A stretch of DNA of 64,000 nt from Octopus sinensis (Eukaryota). The stretch's first letter is position 1. Every line of letters starts with the position of its first letter. Both the position numbers and the translations under genes were made by a program. The notes below the pieces were generated by a model. It saw only the letters and a program-made list of their open reading frames with translations, did no database searches and was not told where the DNA came from. The DNA is taken from positions 32,612,001 through 32,676,000 of the forward strand of contig NC_043006.1 of assembly GCF_006345805.1 (NCBI RefSeq), read 5' to 3'. Below, one piece after another: positions 1 through 12,900 of this stretch.

Positions 1-2
1 TA

Positions 3-215
3 CCAGTGATGATAGGATCGTTGGGCTCAATCCCATTAAAACTTCAAGACTTCTTAAGGCACCTGGAAATCCAATGGCAGAGAAATGTCTCGCAAAAGGT
101 AACCTTATTGGGCACAGCGCACATCTTAAGTAAAGTATTATCTGTCTGACGTCCTTGTTGTGACTTGACAGATGACTAAAGAATGATTACCTAGACTGTT
201 TTACGAAGGAATAAT
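3..215 (+). mobile_element. 3' end of R4/Dong-like non-LTR retrotransposon (RLE domain C-terminus plus 3' UTR)
   Basis: 3..149 translates PVMIGSLGSIPLKLQDFLRHLEIQWQRNVSQKVTLLGTAHILSKVLSV*, matching the PVxIGALG...QKxxLLGTAxILRKVL C-terminus of RLE LINEs; followed by AATAATAAT. Confidence 0.8.
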
Positions 216-223
216 AATATACG

Positions 224-800
224 CCGCTAGCTCAGAAGGAATATAAGAGACATCACGACAATATAACCAGGCTTGTCCATTGGACACTTAGCAACTTGAC
301 AGAGTAAAAAATTGGCACGTCCACAAACCTGAAGGCATCGTCGAAAATGGAAATGCAAAGATCCTATGGGATTTTATGATTCAGTGCGACCATGAGATAG
401 AGAATAGGAAGGCGGAAATAATCTTAATGAAAAAGAAAACAAACTACGCTGGATCATAGATATAGCATGCCCAGCTGACAGCAAGGTATGTGATAAAGAA
501 GAAAGAAAAGTCGATAGATTTGACAGATTAGCTTGGGAGGCTAAGCAGTTGTAGTCAGTGAAAAAGATAGCAGTAGTACCAATAATTGTCAGAGTCCTGG
601 GAACAGTAAGCAAAAATCTCGAGAAGTACGTGAAACGAATGGACGGCAATAAGGGAGGAGCATTTGCAGAAAACATCACTGCTTGGAACCGCTCGAATAT
701 TCCGGAAGGTTCTCGAAAAATAAGAAGTGTTACCTTAGTTCACTGGTAGTGAACAACTCACACCGTAGCTCATCTCCAGCGTTAGAAGCTGTGCAAAGGC
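224..800 (+). mobile_element. Decayed R4/Dong-like LINE RLE fragment with 3' UTR
   Basis: PLAQKEYKRHHDNITRLVHW, KILWDFMIQCDHEIENRK and IIDIACPAD motifs with frameshifts; ends in an (AAT)n tract. Confidence 0.8.
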
Positions 801-945
<145 letters not shown>

Positions 946-974
946 CTGGTACTTAATTTATCGATAATAATAAT

Positions 975-1960
975 CACAACAAGTATTGTTGAATAAGAGC
1001 TATTCCGGAAACCGAGTTGAATGCTAGAAACAAAACGGAGGCCATAGACACGCTGGCTATGCCTGTATTAACATACAGCTTGAATACTATAAATTGGTCC
1101 ATCTCTAAGATTAATAAAGTCGATGACAAAATCAGAAAGTTAAGAATATATCGTATGCATCACAGAAGCAGTCATAGACCAAATATACCTTCCGAGAAAC
1201 GAAGATGGTCGCTGGGCTAATACGATCCCAACTTACATTGGAACTATGAAATTATCTGCCTACCTACATCAAGCAAACGACTGGGTCTTAAAACTGGTTC
1301 GGAAACATGAATGTACCAGGTATTTGCATGTGTCCTCAACTGTAAAAACGAAACGAATAAAAATATAGCAAAAACAAACCCGTATTCAGTACACTAAAGA
1401 GGAATAGGATGAAAAACCACTGCCAGGGATCCCAAGTAAGCAAAATCTTTACTTATCAATGGCTGGGAGGCCCTAATCTCAAATCCGAAACTAAGGGGTA
1501 TATTAGTGCTGCTCAAGACCAGCGTCTTCCAGCTTGGAAATGTCAGCCTAATGTTCTGAATCATTAAATCAGAAACGTTGTGTCAAGTTTGCGAAGAACA
1601 ACGGGAAAGAATCGATCACATAATTTCTGGATGCGTCCGACTGATTCCAACAAATGACATGACAGGGCAGCTCGGTACACACATTGAACAATATATCGTG
1701 CATACAACCTCACTTACAAAGAATGCTGAAGTTACTCTTCTTTGGGATTTCAGACTGATCTGGAAATTCAGGTTAAATGATCAGATAACATTATGAAAAA
1801 TCATGTTGAAAATATTTTGATGACGTTTGAAAACATTTCAGAAACTGAGCAAATCTAAGGACTTGGAAATGCAAATCAGAGGAGTTTGTTATCTGAAAGC
1901 AACAGCATAACCTATTGTTATTGGGGCACATGGAATGATTTCAAAAGGAGCAAGCAAGTA
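975..1960 (+). mobile_element. Decayed R4/Dong-like LINE (post-RT region, CCHC knuckle, RLE)
   Basis: ELNARNKTEAIDTLAMPVLTYS...RMHH; CQVCEEQRERIDHIISGC zinc knuckle; LLWDF motif. Confidence 0.8.
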
Positions 1961-1964
1961 TGGG

Positions 1965-2036
1965 TTCTCATGCAGGGAATCGAACCCAGGTCTCCGGAGT
2001 GAAAGCCAGGAACTCTAACCAGTAAGCTACAAAATT
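1965..2036 (-). pseudogene. tRNA-Glu(TTC)-like pseudogene or SINE head
   Basis: minus strand TGTAGCTTACTGGTTAGAGTTCCTGGCTTTCACTCCGGAGACCTGGGTTCGATTCCCTGCATGAGAA closely follows eukaryotic tRNA-Glu; the 5' acceptor strand does not pair and the stems carry mismatches. Confidence 0.6.
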
Positions 2037-2593
2037 TCTATATGCATAGAAATTTTCAGGAAAATGAAGATATTCAATGTTAAGGAGAGTTTCAGGGTTT
2101 ACAGATATGTGTGTGTGCGTAAGTGTGTGTGTGTGTGTGTGTGTGTGTATAAAGTTATCAAAAATGCTCGAAGTGAACAAATGCTGTGTGAGAATGCGCC
2201 AACGATCTTTATGGATCCTAGTATTGTAATATTTTAGAACATATCTAAGTCTACTCGTAAACTGTCAATATAGTTATTGAAATGATTGTAAATCACTCCA
2301 GACTTGCTATTTTATGATGAGATGAATAGAAATATTTCATAATCCCCTAATAGTTTTAATTTTTCAGCCTCTTCGGTGTATTTCCTTAACTTTTCAGTTC
2401 GTTTCAAGACAATTTTATAATCATGCGGATCGGCTGTTGTTGTCGTTTTTGTCATAGCAAGCGATATCAGGGATTATCAACCCACTCATAGTTTGTGAAC
2501 TAAATTTCCCTGGTATTTTAACTTTGGCTCTTTCTACAACAGACGGAGGTTTGTATGTGCATCAGACAGCTTTTCCTAGAATTAACTGAAATT

Positions 2594-2880
2594 CGGTGGC
2601 TGTGTGGTAAGTAGCTTGCTTACCAACCATATGGTTCCGGGTTCAGCCCCGCTGCGTGGCACCTTAGACAAGTGTCTTCTACTATGGCCTCGGGTCGGCC
2701 AAAGCCTTGTAAGTGGAACTGGTAGACGAAAACTGAAAGAAGCCCGTCGTATATATATAAATATATATGTATGTGTATGTGTATATGTTTGTCCCTCCCC
2801 CCTTTGCTCGACTAAAGGCGTTGGTCTAGCATGGCCGCAGTCAAATGACTGAAACAAGCAAAAGAATAAAAGAATAAAAG
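2594..2880 (+). mobile_element. tRNA-derived SINE, family A (internally deleted copy)
   Basis: GGTGGCTGTGTGGTAAG head, GGGTTCAG B-box-like motif, tail GCATGGCCGCAGTCAAATGACTGAAACAAG shared with the copies at 4610 and 44079. Confidence 0.85.
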
Positions 2881-3469
2881 AAAAAGTGCATGAAGAGCAA
2901 CTTTCCCAGGTTCCCATTTTAATTTTTTTGCTATTTCTATTTTCATATTCTTGCAATACGTGAATTTTGTATTTTTAGAAGTTCCTGCTTCTTATTTAAA
3001 AATAAAAGTTTCCTCAAATTCCTTATACTCATATTTTCGTTTACTTCTGGTTATTCTTGCGTGCGATAGCATTCTGTAGATAAGCTACGTTTCTATTTGG
3101 CAGTGTTTTGGTAATTGTTTGGATTTAGTTTTCCTTGTGCCTTCGTGATTTATAGACTCAACGTGTACAAACTGAATAGTTATATATATATTTCTATTAA
3201 TTGGGGTTAACATGGATTAACTTTAGAATTTAAATTAATAATCACCACTGTGATTGGATGAAAGCATTCCAACTAGCAGGTGCTCTATGCCGGTCTTCGT
3301 TTGTAACGGGTCTATAGCTCCGCCAAATGGGGGAAGCCTAAATCACAAAATGCGACCACAACTTTTACCCCACAAAATGCTCTGTAGACAATGTTGTACT
3401 GACACACGTCTGAACATCCTGAGCCATAACATTCCGAACCATCCGAGAAAAGTGTGTTGGCAGCAAAGA

Positions 3470-4460
3470 TACACACACCACAATACGCTGGTTAATTATT
3501 TGGGAAAAAAGTAACCTACTACTAGATGAACAGAAAAGGTGCAAGAGGGATATATGTCCGATAAAAGCAGCTACAGGTAAATTGATCTCTTATAGGATAC
3601 AGAAAAAGAGGGGAAAATTAGTATGGCATGGGTTGAGTTAAGTAAATCATTTGATAGTATACAATACACATGGATCCTGGAGACGACCTAACAAAAATAC
3701 TTCCAATTCTAATAAGCGATATCAATAATGCCATATCAACAATGAACACAAAATAATTAGAAAATAAATGCAACCAGCCTTATAAATTAAATAAAACAAT
3801 TTTCAAGGAGTTTCTTATCTCTTCTGCGTAGCTCTGACGCTATTCGCAAATCAAATAAATGAAGCCACAAATGGTAATACAGACATACTATATATTATTT
3901 CCTTTATATCAATATCGATAAACTATAGAGAAGAGAAAATACCCAAATGACAAACCTGCTAAAATTGTTCGTAAACTGAAACAATGAAAATGAGTAAAGG
4001 CGTAGAAAATATGACAATATTATGACAGAAGAAGAGAAAAAATAACTAACACAGAGAAGATTAAATTAGAGGCACCGAAATTAGAGAATTAGATCCTAAT
4101 CATTAATAATTGTAATAGTAGTACATGATACAGCGAATATAAATGAAAGAGAAAATTTGCTAGCGCAGAGTAAAGCGAATATTAAAAACTGAACTCAGAA
4201 CGCGATACAAGATAAGACACATAAGCCGTCTTAGTTATGCTTTTACAGCGTCATCATAATAATCTTGGAGCACATTGAGAAGATTACATAGAAACGAAAA
4301 GCTACAAATCATAACCTAAAGCCATTACTTGAAAGATGATATAAATAAAATACATTTAACTCCTCTCAAGATCTGATACAAAATACCATGAAAAGGGTAG
4401 AAAATTACTTGGCGGTAACCAAACAGAAAATGATTAATGCAATAAACATAAAAAGAGAAT
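3470..4460 (+). mobile_element. Highly decayed R4/Dong-like LINE reverse transcriptase fragment
   Basis: LLDEQKRCKRG (cf. EQKGCRRG) and MAWVELSKSFDSIQYTWILE (cf. MAWIDYKKAFDSVPHSWILE) with many frameshifts. Confidence 0.65.
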
Positions 4461-4609
4461 ATATCTAAATATTTATTACATGCGTATATGTTTATTATAT
4501 ATTTATTATATATGTTTATATATTATATGTAACAAATATATTTATTATATACTTACTTGGAGATGGATGCGTGCCGTTCAATCAAATAATAATATAAATA
4601 ATATATATA

Positions 4610-5024
4610 GGCGCAGGAGTGGCTGTGTGGTAAGTAGCTTGCTAACCAACCACATTGTTCCGGGTTCAGTCCCACTGCGTGGAATCTTGGGCAAGTGTCT
4701 TCTGCTATAGTCCCGGGCTGACCAATGCCTTGTGAGTGGATTTGGTAGACGGAAACTGAAAGACGGAAACTGTCGTATATATGTATATATATATATATAT
4801 ATATGTGTATATGTTTGTGTGTCTGTGTTTGTCCCCCTAGCATTGCTTGACAACCGATGCTGGTGTGTTTACGTCCCCGTCACGTAGCGGTTCGGCAAAA
4901 GAGACCGATAGAATAAGTACTGGGCTTATAAAGAATAAGTCCCGGGGTCGATTTGCTCGACTGAAGGCGGTGCTCCAGCATGGCCGCAGTCAAATGACTG
5001 AAACAAGTAAAAGAGTAAAAGAGT
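4610..5024 (+). mobile_element. tRNA-derived SINE, family A, full length with internal (TA)/(TG) tract
   Basis: GGCGCAGGAGTGGCTGTGTGGTAAG head; CTTGGGCAAGTG core; AAAAGAGT tail repeats; homologous to 44079-44573. Confidence 0.9.
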
Positions 5025-6149
5025 ATACGTATATATATATTAGTTATATTATTATTTATTATGTATGTTAATATGTTTATTAAGTAATAATAAAGAATAA
5101 ATTTGAAGCTAATTACTTTGAATAAAAGATTCAATTAATTAAGAGCAAAAAACGGTGTGAAACAAAAATATCAAGGATTGAAACGAAAATTTCTCTCTTC
5201 CAATGGACAACGCCATATTTCTCTCTTCCAATGGACAACGCCATATTTTGCGATGGAAATTTTACTTAGAAGACAATGGAGAATCTATGAAAATACAAAG
5301 AAATAGAAAATGAAATAAACAGGATGTGACACATGAACATGAGATCAGGATCAATAATGATTTGAGTCTTAGTTATGTTAGAACAAATATAGCAAACTAT
5401 ATAAATCAGGCTGGAGCTCAGTTTTCTAAAATAGACCTGATTTTGAAAGCTCATATCCTACGCCAGAACCTTACGATTGAATAGTGCATCTCAAATACTC
5501 TCTACATAAAAGACATATCTTGTTCAATAAAATAACACATATCTTGTTCAATAAAATAACACAACTTACACAATTTACAGAGTCACGGTTAAACAATATG
5601 ACACATCACATCCTCTGTGTAGCCTCCACCCAATATGATACCACAGTACAGCTTTATATAATGGATGCCTTATTTTATGAATATAACACAATACACGCAA
5701 CATCTATATTGCACATTCACCGTCCGACTCTTGTATATTGTATATATTCTGAATAAAAACAAAGTGAATCTTTACAGTATCACCCGAAAGAGTAAACTAA
5801 ATCCCTCAGTAATGCAAATCTGACGAAGTAAGAAACATATATTTTAATAGTCCTCACACCTCAGGAAAGGGGTTTGTCATTTTTCTGGGCGAGACAGGCT
5901 TTTCTATTACTGTCGACAGTGGTGCGACTGGTGAAGTACTGAGACCATGTTCTCATAAATAGTGTCTGGAGCTGCTCTGAAGACCAGGTTAAAGCCTACT
6001 GTTCCCTGTTGTATCCTTCTCCACTCCTATTCTTCAGCTCTTCTATGCAATTTGCCTTCAAACAGTCCATATTCCCGGAAGTACAAAAAAATGGGATCGT
6101 GTCCCACACCATCAGTCACATCAGTTCCACACCATCAGTCACTTCTGAA

Positions 6150-6596
6150 CATCCGAGACTGCGAAAGATTGAAGAAAATTGTTTGACAAATTTTAACATT
6201 CAGACTTACAGAGTAATAGAAGTCAGAAAGACTGATTTAGTAGAAGGGAAGAGAAAGTGCTATGTAATTGACTTTACAGTCTCAAATGAAGAAAACGTCA
6301 ATAAGAGAGGTGCAGAGAAAATGTCAAAGTACCAGGACCTAGATATTGAGTTACAAAGACTATGGAAAGTGCGGGTAAAATGTATCCCCGCAGATATAAA
6401 TGTATTACAAAGTATTCCTAAAGATTTAAACAAACATATAGGGGAAATAAGGGGAAAACTAGTTTAATGCAGCTCCAGAAAATAGTATTATTAAGGACCG
6501 CTAGGATACTTAGGAAGGTTCTTGGCATCTGAGGTTACTTGTAGTAGTTTAATAGGTTGTGCGTATATGAAACAACAGCATCAGGAGAAGAAGCAA

Positions 6597-6600
<4 letters not shown>
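6150..6600 (+). mobile_element. R4/Dong-like LINE RLE fragment
   Basis: KCYVIDFTVSNEENVNKRGAEKMSKYQDLDIELQRLWKVRVKCIP in ORF 6009..6467. Confidence 0.8.
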
Positions 6601-6657
<57 letters not shown>

Positions 6658-6675
6658 TGTTGTTGTTGTTGTAAT

Positions 6676-6720
<45 letters not shown>
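6595..6720. repeat. Compound (TAG)n(TTG)n(AAT)n microsatellite
   Basis: direct inspection. Confidence 0.95.
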
Positions 6721-6721
<1 letters not shown>

Positions 6722-7070
6722 TGAAAATTACAGACTACTAAAAGACGAAATTGCAAGAATGTGGACTATGAGGAAAGTGTCTGTCGTGGGAGCACTCGGA
6801 GCACTAACAACCAAGTTTGAGCAATATGTCAAAGAAATCGGAATTGACATGAGAGCAGAGCAAGCCCAAAGAACTGCTCTGTTGGGGACAGCTAGCATTT
6901 CGAGATTGGTACCTAGATGTTGAATGTCTCTCACAATAATTAACAACAAAGTATCAAAGCTTATAATGTGTGGAAAGAGACCCTGTGAGATCTCTGATGG
7001 CAGGTTGCTGTCCGCTCTCACAGAATCTACCAGAACAAACAAGACCGAACTTTCTAAGAAGTAAAACAAT
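6721..7070 (+). mobile_element. R4/Dong-like LINE extreme 3' end
   Basis: YRLLKDEIARMWTMRKVSVVGALGALTTKFEQYVKEIGIDMRAEQAQRTALLGTASISRLV. Confidence 0.8.
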
Positions 7071-7073
7071 TTT

Positions 7074-7141
7074 TTTATTATTATTATTATTATTATTATA
7101 TTATTATTATTATTATTATTATTATAATAGTAATAATAATA

Positions 7142-7209
<68 letters not shown>

Positions 7210-7285
7210 TATTATTATTATATTATTATTATTATTATTATATTATTATTATTATTATTATCATTATATATTATTATTATTATAG
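7074..7285. repeat. (TTA)n/(AAT)n microsatellite
   Basis: direct inspection. Confidence 0.95.
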
Positions 7286-7309
7286 ACATCGTACAGTATC
7301 CAATATCGT

Positions 7310-7700
7310 GATTTTGTTGATTGAAGTTATTGTGTCTACTGTGTTTACCGGGGGTGCATTTCCAAGTAATGCCGATTTTTGCTATACATCTTGCTTGTAG
7401 GATATTTCTATGATTTCCATATGTTATTTCAGGTTGGGAGCAATTGAACCCAATGTTCCGATGACAATAGGGACAATCTTTGTTTGACTCTTGTAGCTGC
7501 TAAATCGTAGCGATCTCAATTCTCAGGTATCCATATTTGTCAATCTGTTCTTTTTCTTTCATGGTAACATGCCACGTCGATTGTTAGGCACTCTTGTTTG
7601 TCCCTCCTAAAGGTTACCATATCCAGCCTTCGGTACCCTAACATCTTGTCTTTTTCGAAGTCAAAGTCCCAGAGGATTTTTGTCTTCCCCTTTTCGTCCA
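7310..7700 (-). mobile_element. Decayed RLE LINE 3' fragment
   Basis: minus strand encodes QKSALLG and PIVIGTLGSIAP motifs. Confidence 0.65.
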
Positions 7701-7879
7701 GTACCTTTTCCAGTGTATGTTAGTAGCAAGCACTCGTTACCTCGTATCTATACTTCCGGCTGTTGTTATTGTTATTATTATCATTATTATTATTATCATT
7801 ATTATCCTTATTATCATTATTATCATTACTACTACTACTACTACTACTATTATTATTATTATTATTATTTTTATTATCA

Positions 7880-9330
7880 TTTTCTTTCAATTCTGTTTCC
7901 ATTTCATGCTGAGTGTCATCCTGATACCTAGAGCAGAGAAACGCACTCTATACATTGGTATGCCATTAAAATAAACACACCAAATTGTCCATTTACAAAG
8001 TCATGTGATAAAGAAAAGGGAGAAGAAAGACAGAGAGAAAAAATAAAAAAGTAAACAAAGAAAATAAAGCGGAAAAAGGGAGAGAAATTTCAGAGCGACA
8101 ATGCTCTTCTCAATATGTGTGACGAACCAGTGAAGACAATCTTTTGCCCTTCCTGTATGGATGGTAAGTCAAGGATCATTCTTAAATAATTTTCAATTAC
8201 TTTCTTGATCATTCCAAATGCTCCTGCAATCATTGGTATTCTAACCGTCTTGAGATGTCATCTTTTCGATTCCGATGAGCAAATCTTTATATTTTCTGTG
8301 CTTGCCAAATTCTTTTACCGAGATATTATGGTAACATGGTATGCTCATGTCAATCAATAAACAGACTTTATTGATTTGGTCTTTCATAACAATATCTGGT
8401 TCGTTTGCTTTGATGGTCCGATCTGTACATACTGGGTAGTCTGAAAGAATAGTTACGTTTTCTCCCTCAGTTACAGCCTCAGGGTGGAGCTTGCACCATC
8501 TGAGTTTTGATTTTATAATGCCGACACATTATGCAGTGTAGAAATTGGCCAGCTCTGTCATGTCCTGATTTGTACTCTACAGAGGCTTAATCCTTACACC
8601 CAGAGATTAGGTGGTCCACTGTTTCTATCCCCTTGTTGCAGTATCGGCACTTTGGATGTACATCATTTTTCATCACATTGGCTTGATAGTTCCTGGTCAA
8701 TAATCTCTGATCCTGGGCAGCCAAGATAAGGCCTTCACTCTCTCCCTTTAGCCCTGAGCTCTATAGCCACTGATGGGTATGTTTTTGGTCTACAGCAGCT
8801 TGTTTGCTACAGGTCACATATTTGCCATGCAGAGGTTTTTGGTCCTACCTATCACCCAATTGTTCAAACGCATTTTGCATTGCTATTGGTTTAACCTTCT
8901 TTTGCAACTACAGTTGATGCACTTCCATCATGCTTTTCACTTGAAAATACTTTGTTCTCTTTCAAAACAGAATGAAGCTTCTTACGTCTTTCATGTTTTT
9001 CAACGAGCTTTAGCATCCTGTCGTTATATGTTTCAATATATGTTGCCAGTCTAATTGGGGTGGTTTTGTGAGAGATTTCAAACTGGATCAAGCCCCGACC
9101 TTCTAAAGCTCTGGGTAGGTAAAGATGATCTACGTCTACCTTTGGGTGGTGCATCTTATTGCAAATCAGCAGCTTACGGATTTTCCTGTTAATCTTCCGT
9201 ATTTCGGTCATATTTCAGTTCAACACATTGGAACGGTAAATATCAAACGGAACTGCTAAGGAATTTATAGCTAACCCCTTGTTACGTGCATTTAACTCGG
9301 ATTTTAGGACTGCACGAACACTCCTGTGAC
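7880..9330 (-). mobile_element. Decayed R4/Dong-like LINE (post-RT region, CCHC knuckle, RLE, 3' UTR)
   Basis: ORF 8891..9211 KMHHPKVDVDHLYLPRALEGRGL; CRYCNKGIETVDHLISG knuckle near 8590-8670; (AAT)n tail on the minus strand at 7765-7880. Confidence 0.85.
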
Positions 9331-9370
9331 TCTCCTTCCTCATCTCTTTCATATTCGCATTATTATTAAA

Positions 9371-9790
9371 GGCGGCGAGCTGGCAGAAACGTTAGCACGC
9401 CGGTCGAAATGCGTAGCCGTATTTCTTCTGCCGTTGCGTTCTGAGTTCAAATTCCGCCTAGGTCGACTTTGCCTTTCATCCTTTCGGGGTCGATTAAATA
9501 AGTACCAGACTTAATCCGTGTGTCTGTCCTTGTTTCTCCCCTGTGTGATATAATCGACTTAATCCGTGTGTTGACCTTGTTTGTCCCCTCTGTATTTAGC
9601 CCCTTGTGGGTAGTAAAGAAATAGGTATTTCGACTCTTGCTATATTCTGAGTTCAAATTCCACCAAGGTCGACTTTGCCTTTCATCCTTTCGGGGCCGAT
9701 TAAATAAGTACCAGTTACGCACTGGGGTTAATGTAATCGACTTAATTCGTTTGTCTGTCCTTGTTTACCCCCTTTATAAAGGGGCAATAA
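9371..9790 (+). mobile_element. tRNA-derived SINE, family D, with internal partial tandem duplication
   Basis: GGCGGCGAGCTGGCAGAAACGTTAGC head; central GGTCGACTTTGCCTTTCATCCTTTCGGGGTCGAT block present twice. Confidence 0.9.
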
Positions 9791-10139
9791 AGAAATTATT
9801 ATTATTAACAACACCACCTCTTCCAACAACACCAATCATAATGATAATAATGATCTCAATAATAATATTGATATATTTTAATTGCCCAATTTATTGTAGC
9901 CATCTGTGGCAGTTTGGCGTTTCTTTTTGAGGAAGAATGTTCAATATTTTTTAAGTTTTGAAATACTGAACCAATTAATTGCGATGCTGCAGCTGTTCCG
10001 ATGCTGCACTTAAGAGGAATATGAGCGCAATAAACATATTGTGCAATATGCTGCACGATATTGTGCAAACGTACGCATGCGTATAGTGTCTATGTACGTG
10101 CTCCTGGTGTTCATGTATCTATCTATGTATGTCATTATT

Positions 10140-11710
10140 CAAGTGATTTCAAGATTTCTTGCCAATAGAAAAAGCCGGTTTCTAACCTAGATCCAAGGAT
10201 ACTTCATTGTAATTTCAATATCAACAACAGGGTATTTTTGTATGTATGTATGAATGTACGTATGTATGTATGTATGTATGTATGTATGTATGTATGTATG
10301 TATGTATGTATGTATGTATGTATGCATGCATGCATGCATGTATGTATGTATGTATGTATGTATGTATGTATGTATGCATGCATGTATGTATGTATGTATG
10401 TATGTATGTATGTGTGTGTGTGTATGTATGTATGTGTGTATGTATGTATGTTTCTATGTATGTGTGTATGTATGAGCAGATGTATACATTCTCATATACA
10501 TAGTTGCTTATTTAGACATGCTCACGTATATTTAAATGATAAACTTTTGGAAAGTTTTACAGATTTTTACTCTTCCGGTGATGGATTGGATCTGTAGTCT
10601 TCGAATTAGCTTTCTCCCTTCTGGTTTTAAGAAAACTTATTTCTCAAGATTGGTATTTAGGCAGTGTGCTACATATCTTAGGGCCCAAATAATTACAGAT
10701 ATAAACCTGGACTTGTAATGTGGATACAGTAACTGCAGATTTCTCAATAGTTCAGCATAGGTGTTCTCGTTTCCACTGATCTGCAGCTTTATGTTAACAT
10801 CCGCTGGGCAGTTAATTTCCACAACTGTGCACAGTTTCTCTTCTCTATCCCAAATCATTCTATTCAGGGCTGTTGTGCTTATATGTTATCGAGGTCTTAC
10901 TGGTACATCCCACCAATATTCCTCTTTATTATGACTGGCTATGGATTCTACCATATTGTGGGTTCTTATTTCTTGTCCTTAGAGTGTCTTAGCTACAATA
11001 TCATATCTCATCGGTAGATAATACCGTGATGACATTTTCGGACAACTACTTATGATGTAGATGATATCTTCAATGTGAACTCCACAAAGTCTTCATCAAT
11101 TGTCACATTTTACTGCTTTTCCCGCTTCTCTATCCCTTTTGTGCATCAGGTATTTGGTTGATTCCCTGTTCCTGGTTTGCAAACCCATGCCCTTCATAGT
11201 GAGAGGTAGTAATCCGGCTATTGATCCATGATAGACTGTGGGTGTTTCTGCATTTGGGGATCAATTTAATTCTGGATGCAGATCGTCCCAATATGATTTC
11301 AATCGATTCATATAGCCAACAGCGGGGATTTGCTTCCTTTTCGTAGCAGTTAAATAGACCATTATTCAATTCATAACTCCAACAGAAATGAGTTTTGTAG
11401 TTACAATTTCTTCTCTAACTACAGCTAGAAAGAATTTGTTCGCCTGTTGCGCGGTTGTTTTTGTTCTGTTCCTCGATTGTCTTGTGGTTGATGTTGTGTC
11501 CAGCCATGTTGTTTGTATTAACTCTCTGCATGCTATATTCAAGTTTCAGTCGAGAATCATTACGATCATGAATAAAAGGCTCCCTCAGTTAATTCACCTG
11601 AAAATTAACCAGTTATTTAACAAGGCTGATAGATGTGGCCCCAAAGTTGGAGAGAGTATTCATTGTATTTTCTATAAAGAGTCTCCCACGCCAAATACGC
11701 GACTTGTCGC
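10140..11710 (-). mobile_element. RLE LINE 3' portion of a (CATA)n-associated family
   Basis: VVEINCPADVNI RLE motif (ORF 10637..10858); knuckle-like segment near 11030-11110; (CATA)n tracts at 10241-10470 and 11715-11830. Confidence 0.8.
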
Positions 11711-11849
11711 ATATGTATGTGTGTATGTATGTATGTATGTATGTATTCTTGTATGTATGTATTCTTGTATGTATGTATGTATGTATGTATGTATGTATGT
11801 ATGTATGTATGTATGTATGTATGTATGTATTTGTGTATGTCGTTATTCG

Positions 11850-12900
11850 GTTTTATTTCAAGATTTCTTGCCAATAGAGAAAGGGCCGGTTTCTAACCTA
11901 GATACAAAGCTCCTTCATTGGAATTTCAACAACATTAACAGGGTAGTTTTGTATGTATGTATGTATGTATGTATGTATGTATGTATGTATGTATGTATGT
12001 ATGTATGTATGTATGTATGTATGTATCTTCTGTATTTCTTTAATTATAACAAATCTTCCACTGAGGATGGAGCCGGTTTCCAACAAAGATACAAGGCTCC
12101 ATCTTTGGAATGTAGTTAACAGAGACACATTCACATTTGGAACTAGAGAAAAGTCTTGCACATTGTTACTGTTCCACTCACAGACTGCACTTGTATTGTA
12201 TGAATTAACCGGTTAATTTCACTTCCTGAAAATCCCAGTTTATTCAGATTCTCCTTTAAGCGTTTACTAACAAAACCTAGTGCTCGAATTGTTATTGGTA
12301 TGAATATGAATTCATAGTCTGGATAGAGAAACTGGGGGTATCGAAGCGATTGTCCATAGATATCCTCTTTTTCTTTAGTTTTCACAGAGATATTTATATC
12401 TGCAGGGCAGCTAACCTCTATGATGGTAAATTCCTTTGCCCCTCTGTCCCAAACAACAATATCCGGCGTTATGTTTACATTTGAAAGGCGTTTTGATGGA
12501 AATATTCCACCACTATTCCTAGAGTTGCTGTTTATGAATTGAATGTATTCTATAACAGAGGGATTTTCTAATTTTATTACAGGACTGTCTTTTTTGCGAA
12601 TGGCATTGTAAATTGTCTTAGCAACAACATCTTGCCGCATAGGGAGGTAATACAATGATGACCATTTAGGACAGCTGCTAATCACATGCGTGATGTCTTC
12701 CACAGAAACATGACATAGCCTACACATGCGTTTGCACATTGGGATTACAGGAGCGTCACTGTCTCCCTTATTCACCCGGTACTCTTTGGCAATCCCCTGT
12801 TCCTGGATTGCAAACCAAATTCGCAACAACGACCGCAACACGAGTAATTGGGTACTTGAAGAAAACAAAAATCTGTCTTTTCTGAAATTACATCTCAATT
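11850..12900 (-). mobile_element. Second copy of the (CATA)n-associated RLE LINE
   Basis: ORF 12143..12898: CRLCHVSVEDITHVISSC knuckle, PDIVVWDR, IIEVSCPAD, IPITIRALG. Confidence 0.9.

Noticed and set aside
2835-2860. SINE A tail AGTCAAATGACTGAAACAAG resembles stem II plus GAAAC of the 59709 HHR
   Set aside because: The core position reads CATGGCCGC and there is no stem I; ancestry cannot be supported
5815-5885. CTGACGA…GAAA…GTC with AAAT/ATTT stem I
   Set aside because: Stems II and III cannot pair
10160-10215. ATGAAG…GAAACCGG in the (CATA)n LINE 3' UTR as a possible HHR
   Set aside because: Core and cleavage triplet are not conserved across the four copies; better explained as a UTR stem-loop
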